Part shown: piece after piece, positions 57,289 through 64,000 of the stretch
How positions within the stretch are numbered: position 1 is the first letter of the stretch
How the letters are laid out: every line of letters begins with the position of its first letter
NCBI GenBank assembly: GCA_964649715.1
Contig: CAZYTH010000006.1
Span: 6,341-70,340, forward strand
Length of the DNA: 64,000 bases
From: an uncultured Candidatus Saccharibacteria bacterium
Lineage (GTDB): Bacteria; Patescibacteriota; Minisyncoccia; Phycocordibacterales; UBA12445
Direction of reading: 5' to 3'
Notes under the pieces: generated by a model
Told to the model about the DNA's origin: nothing
Databases searched by the model: none
Seen by the model: the letters and a program-made list of their open reading frames with translations, nothing else
Made by a program: the position numbers and the translations under genes

Positions 57289-57432
57289 GTTTGTCAAATA
57301 AAAACATCCACGCTCGTCAGTATTTTGTACCATATGTTGTTATTTTTTTCAACACCAAGCAATCATCCTGTAAATTGGTTTGAAAAAAAAAGCTTAATAT
57401 ATTAGTATTTGGAAGTTGTTAAAAAAGTGAAA

Positions 57433-57505
57433 GCCGTTGTAGCTCAGTTGGTAGAGCACGTCATTGGTAATGACGAGGTCATCGGTTCAATCCCGATCAA
57501 CGGCT
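57433..57505 (+). tRNA. tRNA-Thr (anticodon GGT)
   Basis: GCCGTTGTAGCTCAGTTGGTAGAGCACGTCATTGGTAATGACGAGGTCATCGGTTCAATCCCGATCAACGGCT. Confidence 0.8.
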
Positions 57506-57516
57506 CATTGAATTTT

Positions 57517-57593
57517 GCCAGTGTAGCTCAGTTGGTAGAGCAATCGCATCGTAAGCGATGGGTCATCGGTTCAAGTCCGATCACTGGCTCCAT
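57517..57593 (+). tRNA. tRNA-Thr (anticodon CGT), CCA encoded
   Basis: GCCAGTGTAGCTCAGTTGGTAGAGCAATCGCATCGTAAGCGATGGGTCATCGGTTCAAGTCCGATCACTGGCTCCA. Confidence 0.8.
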
Positions 57594-57621
57594 TTATAAA
57601 GCTTTCTTGTGAAAGTTTTTT

Positions 57622-58536
57622 GTGTATAATTATAGAAATATGACTGAACAAGAAAATGCCGAAAAAATAAAGGCACTTGAAGAAGAGATGCAGAAATATG
57701 ATTTCTGGGAGAATAAAATGCGTGCCCAGGAGGTTTTGAAAGAGCTGTCTCGGCTCAAAGAAGAAGCTTTGGGTGCAAGAAAATATGATAAAGGGGATGC
57801 TATAATAACTATTTTTTCAGGTGCGGGTGGAGATGATGCCGAAGATTTTTCGTACATCCTCTATGAGATGTATTCAAAATATATATCAAAGAAGGGTTGG
57901 GGTATATATATATTGCACAAAAACGAGAATGACCATGGCGGTTATCGAAACATAACTTTCGAAATTACTGGTAGTGGATCCTATGGCACTCTCAAGAACG
58001 AGTCTGGGGTACATCGCCTTGTAAGAGTTTCTCCTTTTAATGCAAAAAAATTAAGGCACACTTCTTTTTCTATGGTTGAAGTTATCCCGAAATTTAAAAA
58101 AGGAGAGTCATTTGAGATACCTGAATCTGAGCTTCAGATTGAATTTTCGCGAGCTGGAGGTCCTGGTGGTCAAAATGTGAACAAGAGAGAGACGGCTGTA
58201 CGTGTTGTTCATATTCCTACAAATATTTCTGCCCATTCAGAAGCAGAACGATCTCAGGCGGATAATAGGGCGAAAGCCATAGATATTCTTCGCGGAAAGT
58301 TGTTTAAATATTTGGAAGAGGAGCGTATCAAAAAAGAGGAGGGTATGTATATAAGCAAGATAACATCAGCTGAGTGGGGGAGTCAAATAAGATCGTATGT
58401 ATTACATCCTTACAAAATGGTAAAAGACCACAGGACGGATGTTGAAACTAGCGATATTGAGGGTGTTTTGGATGGAGAATTAGATGAATTTATAGAAGCA
58501 GAAAGAAATCTTGAACCAAAAGGTAAGTTGGTTTAG
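57622..58536 (+). CDS. prfB: Peptide chain release factor 2 (short N-terminal domain, no programmed frameshift evident)
   Basis: 'HRLVRVSPFNA' SPF motif (RF2-specific) and 'GGPGGQNVNKRETAVRVVHIPT' GGQ motif. 304 aa. Begins immediately after tRNA-Thr. Confidence 0.85.
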   Translation: MYNYRNMTEQENAEKIKALEEEMQKYDFWENKMRAQEVLKELSRLKEEALGARKYDKGDAIITIFSGAGGDDAEDFSYILYEMYSKYISKKGWGIYILHKNENDHGGYRNITFEITGSGSYGTLKNESGVHRLVRVSPFNAKKLRHTSFSMVEVIPKFKKGESFEIPESELQIEFSRAGGPGGQNVNKRETAVRVVHIPTNISAHSEAERSQADNRAKAIDILRGKLFKYLEEERIKKEEGMYISKITSAEWGSQIRSYVLHPYKMVKDHRTDVETSDIEGVLDGELDEFIEAERNLEPKGKLV

Positions 58537-58661
58537 GTGAAGGTTTAATGTAATCTTTCTATCGTTTTGTTTTTTTAGTTTTTTTAGTATACTAACATAG
58601 TGAGTTTTTGTCTGTATTGGATTTAAATTTTTAATATTTTCTAATTATCATCCGTTAAAAA

Positions 58662-59342
58662 ATGCTTTATCTCGAAAACGTTTCAAAAAGATATTCGGAC
58701 ACGACCTTGGCCTTAGATGAGATTAATTTTGATATAGGAAGGGGTGAGTTTGTGACGGTTGTTGGTCATTCTGGTGCCGGCAAGACAACTATTTTAAAGA
58801 TGATAACAGCAGAGGAATCACCTACATATGGCAAAGTTTATTTTGAGTCTTTAGACGTTCACGGTTTAAGAAGCAGAGAGGTTCCAAAATACAGGAGGAA
58901 GATTGGCGTTGTCTTTCAGGACAATCGCTTGATACACAACAAGACAGCTTATGAAAATATTGCCTTTGCGATGGAGGCTGCCGGAAGGACTGATCATGAA
59001 ATAATAGGAGATGTTCCTGAAATACTTCGTCTTGTCGGACTTGAGGATAAAATATGGAATTTTCCACACGAGCTTTCTGGCGGAGAGAGACAAAGGGTTT
59101 CCATTGCTCGGGCAATTATAAATCAGCCTGAATTAATTATTGCAGATGAGCCAACCGGAAATTTAGATCCAGTAAACACTTTAGACATTGTTAGTCTTTT
59201 TAAAAAAATAAACGAAATGGGAACGACCGTAATCCTGACAACCCACAATAAAAATGTTGTTGATATGGTGGGGGGGAGGGTTATTACTGTAGAAAGAGGT
59301 AGGATAATTAGGGACGACAAGGAAGGGAAATATGCTATTTAG
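58662..59342 (+). CDS. ftsE: Cell division ATP-binding protein FtsE
   Basis: Walker A 'GHSGAGKTT', ABC signature 'LSGGERQRVSIARAI', Walker B 'IIADEPTGNLD'. 226 aa, followed by ftsX. Confidence 0.85.
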   Translation: MLYLENVSKRYSDTTLALDEINFDIGRGEFVTVVGHSGAGKTTILKMITAEESPTYGKVYFESLDVHGLRSREVPKYRRKIGVVFQDNRLIHNKTAYENIAFAMEAAGRTDHEIIGDVPEILRLVGLEDKIWNFPHELSGGERQRVSIARAIINQPELIIADEPTGNLDPVNTLDIVSLFKKINEMGTTVILTTHNKNVVDMVGGRVITVERGRIIRDDKEGKYAI

Positions 59343-59440
59343 TTAGAGTTTTTTATGGTTGGTTGCGTTTATAAATTATTTTTATCGCTCACCAACAATC
59401 ATAAACTAAAAGCTAATAACCAATAATTAAAAAATAGAAA

Positions 59441-60370
59441 ATGTCATCGGTTAATATAAAAAGAGTCATAAAAACAGGGTTTATAAATTTTTGGAGAAAC
59501 GCAACCGTTTCGATTGCTTCTGTTCTTGTTATGTTTGTTTCTCTTTTTGTTATAACGGCCCTTATTCTTGCAAGCGCACTCAGTACTTCAATGATTTCTA
59601 TTCTTAAGGATAAGGTAGATATAAATATATATTTCAAAACAAGCGCAATAGAAGATGACATTTTTGAATTAAAAGGAAAATTAGAGGTTTTGCCTGAAGT
59701 AAAAAGTGTTCAATATGTTAGCAAAGAGGAAGCCCTTGCTAATTTTAAAGAGAGACACAAGGATAATTCTCTGATATTGAGCTCTTTAGATGAGCTTAGC
59801 GATAATCCTCTCGGCGCGATGGTGAGCGTAAAGGCCAAAGAGCCTTCTCAGTACGAGGGAATAGCTAATTTTCTGGAGGGGGGTGATATTGGAGTAACTA
59901 CCGACGGTGCTAGTATTATAGATAAGGTTAATTTTTATCAAAACAAGTTGATAATAGATAGACTAACAAAGATAATAGAATCAACAGAAAAAATAGGTTT
60001 TTCTTTGTTTGCCATATTCGCTATCCTTGCTATATTTGTGTCACTTAATACGATAAGACTCGCGATATACACCTCAAGAGAAGAGATATCTGTGATGAGG
60101 CTTGTGGGGGCAGGAAATTGGTACATAAGAGGGCCGTTTATTGTTTCTGGTGTCATGTCCGGGATATTTGCATCCATATTAACTGTTGCCATTTTCTACC
60201 CGATAACCATTTGGATAGGGGACAGAACAGAGAGCTTCCTTTCTGGAATAAATCTTTTTACTTATTACAAACAAAATATTGTTCAAATATCCTTAATAGT
60301 GCTTGTGGCAGGAATCTCAATAGGTTTTGTTTCTAGCTATATTTCCGTTAGGAAATATTTACATATTTAA
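59441..60370 (+). CDS. ftsX: Cell division permease FtsX
   Basis: 309 aa. N-terminal TM, large periplasmic loop, and 3 C-terminal TM helices. Synteny with ftsE. Confidence 0.8.
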   Translation: MSSVNIKRVIKTGFINFWRNATVSIASVLVMFVSLFVITALILASALSTSMISILKDKVDINIYFKTSAIEDDIFELKGKLEVLPEVKSVQYVSKEEALANFKERHKDNSLILSSLDELSDNPLGAMVSVKAKEPSQYEGIANFLEGGDIGVTTDGASIIDKVNFYQNKLIIDRLTKIIESTEKIGFSLFAIFAILAIFVSLNTIRLAIYTSREEISVMRLVGAGNWYIRGPFIVSGVMSGIFASILTVAIFYPITIWIGDRTESFLSGINLFTYYKQNIVQISLIVLVAGISIGFVSSYISVRKYLHI

Positions 60371-60433
60371 ATATTTTTTCTTTACTTTTTTTTGGATTTT
60401 ATCTATTGTATTCATAAATTGTATTTTTGTATT

Positions 60434-60502
60434 GCGGGATCGTCTAATGGTAGGACACATGCCTCTGGAGCATGTTATCTTGGTTCGAATCCAGGTCCCG
60501 CA
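60434..60502 (+). tRNA. tRNA-Gln (anticodon CTG)
   Basis: GCGGGATCGTCTAATGGTAGGACACATGCCTCTGGAGCATGTTATCTTGGTTCGAATCCAGGTCCCGCA. Architecture and T-arm match bacterial tRNA-Gln. Confidence 0.7.
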
Positions 60503-60540
60503 GTTAATAGCTTGATGTAAGCAAATGAACTGCTTCATTT

Positions 60541-60557
60541 GCGCCCTGGATTCGAAC
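60541..60557 (-). repeat. Inverted partial copy of the tRNA-Gln T-arm/3' end
   Basis: GCGCCCTGGATTCGAAC is the reverse complement of GTTCGAATCCAGGGCGC, against the tRNA's GTTCGAATCCAGGTCCCGC. Same arrangement as downstream of tRNA-Leu. Confidence 0.5.
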
Positions 60558-60742
60558 GCCGGAGCTATAATTTTATGAGCTTGCCTACCGGCAGGCAGGC
60601 ATTTGGCGAGCAAAATAGCGAGGCGGTGACCAGGCAAATTTTTTGGAAGAAAAATTTAGCCGAGGGAGAAATTCCAGGCCCCGCATTTTAAATGCAGTGA
60701 AAAACTACGGGAATAAAACAAACTTCTTTAATAAAGTATTTT

Positions 60743-61414
60743 TTAATTAGTTTCTATGTTGATTTCCTCTTTGAGTCTAGTTATCTTATCTAGTCTTTCT
60801 TTTTCTTCTTGTTCTTTTTGAATAACTCTTGAAAGTCTCTCTTTTTGTTTTTTTATATCTTCTATATCGCCTTCTGAAAGAGCGTTTCCATATTTCAAAG
60901 GAGCCTCTGTGCTTTCTATTGAATTATTCAAGGTTTCTTTTGGGCCCCATTCTGGATTTGATCTTATAAAATTAAGTGGTTGTAAATTTACCAATTGTCC
61001 AGAATCGTCTTTCATAAAAATAACACCATAACCTTTCCAAATAGCGCCTTGCCTAATTGCCACGTTGGCATGAGCATTTTCGTGTGCCAGTAAATCCTCA
61101 GCCCATTCTTTCGGTAGATTAAATTTTGTGCTCAGTTGATTTAGTAGTTCTTTAAATTCGACAATATTATAAGACATTGCGCTTGATTTTATTGTCTCTG
61201 CTAATAAAGTATCTTCTTCTAGCATTTCTTCCGCCAAAGGACACCCCCTCTCTATTGCCTTTTCGGACAAAATATTTAATTGCTTTTCTATTTCAATCAT
61301 CCTATCTATAAGAATGGGATTCTTTTCGGCATTTTCAATACTCTCTAATATTCTTTTTTTAAGCTGTTCTGTCTCAGGCGTTTCCGCTTTATTTTCTTTT
61401 ATTATGTTTTCCAT
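60743..61414 (-). CDS. Hypothetical protein with an HExxH motif
   Basis: 223 aa. 'LLAHENAHANVAI'. Glu/Lys-rich termini. Confidence 0.4.
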   Translation of the reverse strand: MENIIKENKAETPETEQLKKRILESIENAEKNPILIDRMIEIEKQLNILSEKAIERGCPLAEEMLEEDTLLAETIKSSAMSYNIVEFKELLNQLSTKFNLPKEWAEDLLAHENAHANVAIRQGAIWKGYGVIFMKDDSGQLVNLQPLNFIRSNPEWGPKETLNNSIESTEAPLKYGNALSEGDIEDIKKQKERLSRVIQKEQEEKERLDKITRLKEEINIETN

Positions 61415-61472
61415 TTCGATATTATATCAGATATGTTTTCAAACTAAATAGTCATAAAATAATTCATATTGT

Positions 61473-62414
61473 TTGAATGAAGTTAGAAAATTGCTAGAAT
61501 GTAAAGATACCAAGTTAATTTTATTTTTTATGATTAAAAGATTTTTTCTTGTTTTGTTATTTTTTATGTCGTTATCTGGAATAGCTTTTTCGGCCCAACT
61601 TTTGAATCCGGAAAAGATTAATTCTGAGGTTATTATAAAGCCTGACGGTAAAGTTTCTATTCAGAATGCAAAAATAATGCAGTTTGCTGGTTCAACTATA
61701 TATGTGAGACTACACTGGGAGGAGTCTTTCATAAGGATGACGGTAAAGACGAATACTAAAACTTCTTTGACTAGAAAATTTGGAGAAAATATCAGCGTTT
61801 CAGACATAAAGATTGGAGATCGAATAAACGTAGAAGGAAACCTTGAGCCTGGGCCAGATTCACTCACGGTTAATGCGTCCTCTGTGGTTAACTTATCCGA
61901 CGAAAGAGAGCAAAATAAATTTTCTGGAAAAATATATGAAAGGATTGGAACCCCTGGTGGGTTTTTGATGATGACGAACGATGGACAAATTATTACAATT
62001 ATTTTTGACGAAAAAATAGAAATATTAAAAGGAACAGGGGTTGTGGGTTATAGAGATGTTTCTGTGGGGGATATTGTTCAATATTCGTCCGGTGTTTTTG
62101 ACCATTCAAAAAAGACTCTATATGCTAAAATGGCTAGGATTTTCTTGGATATGAACCAATTTAAATCAAGAAATTTCCAAGGGACATTGAGGAGTATTTC
62201 GGGGACAACATTGCCAACGATCATTACCGTAAATGTTGATTCAAAAGATTATACTATAAAGTTAGGAGCTGAATGTTCTGTTATGAACACAATGAGGAAA
62301 CCCCTATCTTTGTCTAGGTTTGTGATTGGCGATACTGTGAGGTTTTATGGGGCGATAAGGGAAAGGGAGCCTGAGATAATTGATGCTATTGTTGTTAGAA
62401 ATATAAGCCTGTAG
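61473..62414 (+). CDS. Secreted hypothetical protein with internal repeated beta-rich modules
   Basis: N-terminal TM or signal 'LILFFMIKRFFLVLLFFMSLSGIAFSA'. 313 aa. No motifs. Confidence 0.4.
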   Translation: MNEVRKLLECKDTKLILFFMIKRFFLVLLFFMSLSGIAFSAQLLNPEKINSEVIIKPDGKVSIQNAKIMQFAGSTIYVRLHWEESFIRMTVKTNTKTSLTRKFGENISVSDIKIGDRINVEGNLEPGPDSLTVNASSVVNLSDEREQNKFSGKIYERIGTPGGFLMMTNDGQIITIIFDEKIEILKGTGVVGYRDVSVGDIVQYSSGVFDHSKKTLYAKMARIFLDMNQFKSRNFQGTLRSISGTTLPTIITVNVDSKDYTIKLGAECSVMNTMRKPLSLSRFVIGDTVRFYGAIREREPEIIDAIVVRNISL

Positions 62415-62546
62415 TTTTTTTATTTAAGACTTTCGTTTGGAAACTTCGCTCTCGGATGGAAAAATGAGAATAAGTCTGTGAGAAAATATCTTAATAACTG
62501 ACCCGGGAGTGAAGGGAAGGTTTCATTTATAATATCCGCACTTTCT

Positions 62547-63902
62547 TTATTTAGAAGGAATATAGGGTGTCCATCCTCTTTGAACGGGTCCCCAATATCT
62601 ACCAGCCCCATTTTTGATGGAATTATTTTTTATAACTAACGATTCATGAATGCTAATTGCCGCATCCATATTCGTGTCTGGATCTCTAAGTTGTTCCATT
62701 GTAAATGGTTTACCCCCGTTTAATTTGTAATTAACCGCATCGTTTTGAGAAAGCTGAAATAGGCCGTTTGATCCGGTTCCAAATCTTCCAATGTCCCCCG
62801 CGGCGTTGTTGTTGTAGCTTGATTCTTTCCCTGCCAATTCGGTAAAATAATTGGCCCACTCTTCTGGTGATCCGGTTGTGATTCCGTATTTAGCCCCATC
62901 TGACGGCACATATCCATTGAGTTTAGATTTCTCAAGTTTTTTTGTAATTTGTGTGCGAAGATCTTCTTTTTTAATGTAACTTGGACCACTTCCGCCTTTT
63001 TGTGGAACACCACTTTCTTTTGGAGGCGTTACGGTTCCAGTCTTCGGTGGTGTTTGGGTTGGCTGTTTTGGCGTCGTCGGCTGAGTTGGTTTTGTTGTGC
63101 CAGGTCCAGAAGGTGTGGCACCAGAAACGCTACTCATACTTCCATCATCACATCCACATTTTTTGGAATCCATATCCCAAATAGCATTTTTCGTTTTGCA
63201 TTTATAGTTTAGACAACCAGCTAGGGGGCCATCTTGAGGATTGCTTTCTTTTGGTGGGCAATATCCTCCTCCTGCTATGTGCGCAGCTGAGTCACAAAAA
63301 ATATTATTTGGTCCGCAGTCTACTACGAAATAAGAAGAATAACATATTTCATCGTCACCACATCCATAAATATAACACTTAAACCCCCCGTTACATGTTT
63401 CCGCTAATTTTAGTCCTTTTCTACCAGGAGGGCCTGAGTATTTATAACAAAGTCTATTGTTTGTGCTATAAGCGCTCCCTCCTCCACTAAAAGGTGTAGA
63501 ATATGTTGTTGGGGTTTTTGTTGTTTGTTGTGGGGGTTTTTCTGTTTTTTGGGTTTGTTGCGGTTTTTCTTGGGTTGGTTTTTGTGTTTCTTGTTTTTGT
63601 TCACATTCCTGCCTTTCCGCTTCTGTTGGTTTTAGCGCGCACAGTTCTTTTGTTTCAATGGGTTTTGTTCCTTTGCCTGAAACTTTTCCTGATTCCCAAG
63701 TAGTTTTTGTCTCTCCTTTTCCGTCGTTTCTTTCAAAAACAATCCCTTGTTTTTCTAAACTTCCAGCATTCTGTATTAATTGTTTGTCCAAGCCACTGCC
63801 ACTTGAAAATCCGGTACCTCTATCTATGGCAATATCAAATTTATCTTGTCTGCCCTGGAAGGCTTCTCCAGTGTCGTGTACATAAGCTTTAACATTGTAC
63901 AT
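62547..63902 (-). CDS. Secreted Cys-rich protein with a Pro/Thr/Gln-rich linker and a C-terminal lytic transglycosylase (SLT/lysozyme-like) domain
   Basis: C-terminal 'FTELAGKESSYNNNAAGDIGRFGTGSNGLFQLSQ' (catalytic E-S...GLFQ). Linker 'PQQTQKTEKPPQQTTKTPTT...TKPTQPTTPKQPTQTPPKTGTVTPP'. N-terminal Cys-rich region. Confidence 0.5.
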   Translation of the reverse strand: MYNVKAYVHDTGEAFQGRQDKFDIAIDRGTGFSSGSGLDKQLIQNAGSLEKQGIVFERNDGKGETKTTWESGKVSGKGTKPIETKELCALKPTEAERQECEQKQETQKPTQEKPQQTQKTEKPPQQTTKTPTTYSTPFSGGGSAYSTNNRLCYKYSGPPGRKGLKLAETCNGGFKCYIYGCGDDEICYSSYFVVDCGPNNIFCDSAAHIAGGGYCPPKESNPQDGPLAGCLNYKCKTKNAIWDMDSKKCGCDDGSMSSVSGATPSGPGTTKPTQPTTPKQPTQTPPKTGTVTPPKESGVPQKGGSGPSYIKKEDLRTQITKKLEKSKLNGYVPSDGAKYGITTGSPEEWANYFTELAGKESSYNNNAAGDIGRFGTGSNGLFQLSQNDAVNYKLNGGKPFTMEQLRDPDTNMDAAISIHESLVIKNNSIKNGAGRYWGPVQRGWTPYIPSK

Positions 63903-64000
63903 TGTATAAGTCTCACCCTTAGTGTTTGTGTAAGTGATTTTGGGGATTGTATACCACTCTTTGTAGTGTGACGGATCGGCTGCTATTGTAACATAATTAG

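Noticed and set aside
57409-57612. 67-aa ORF
   Set aside because: It lies entirely over two well-formed tRNA-Thr genes, so it is a spurious translation of tRNA sequence.
60541-60760. tmRNA (ssrA) beginning at the 'CTGGATTCGAAC' motif after tRNA-Gln
   Set aside because: The motif is an inverted copy of the tRNA-Gln T-arm. There is no matching tRNA-like 3' end downstream, and a convincing minus-strand protein gene (60743-61414) occupies the space. The putative tag frame does not end in a typical hydrophobic xAA tail.

Overview
The window is low-GC bacterial sequence that looks like a streamlined, Candidate Phyla Radiation (Patescibacteria)-like genome, dense with short genes. The housekeeping backbone is clear from conserved motifs: lower glycolysis (a TIM-like protein, pgk, gpmA plus a second histidine phosphatase), rplS, rplJ-rplL, recG, ligA, gatC-gatA, prfB, ftsEX, a YvcK/CofD-family protein, an RluA-family pseudouridine synthase, a CaCA exchanger, a HIT protein, a GGDEF diguanylate cyclase and about 12 tRNAs. 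The dominant functional block is a large type IV pilus / competence locus from 23.5 to 38.3 kb: comFC, pilM, pilN- and pilO-like genes, pilB, pilT, pilC, three pilin genes, pilD and four prepilin-type minor pilins. The accessory content is where the novelty lies, and five findings stand out. (1) A complete LexA repressor (wHTH plus S24 self-cleaving peptidase with an Ala-Gly site) is fused in-frame to a Dcm-type C5-cytosine methyltransferase, and it converges on a PD-(D/E)xK nuclease candidate. This looks like an SOS/RecA-coupled restriction-modification-like module, and it sits next to a tRNA-Ser surrounded by tRNA-fragment scars. (2) An IS200-like Y1 (HUH) transposase is flanked by 23-25 bp perfect palindromes, and dispersed copies of the same palindrome are inserted in-frame inside ligA and gatA, in the manner of Rickettsia palindromic elements. 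(3) A GIY-YIG endonuclease gene is embedded in a tRNA-Asp locus with duplicated tRNA ends, next to a disrupted tRNA-Asp copy carrying a 36-nt GC hairpin. (4) A locally duplicated module at about 48.8-55 kb (shared promoter, near-identical 3' hairpin, collagen-like G-X-Y repeat surface proteins) has one paralog disrupted by a frameshift. (5) The tandem pilin paralogs share a roughly 150-bp near-identical 5' region and are flanked by two copies of a structured ~85-nt element plus a GC-rich structured non-coding island. All annotations rest on by-eye motif recognition, and no database search was possible.
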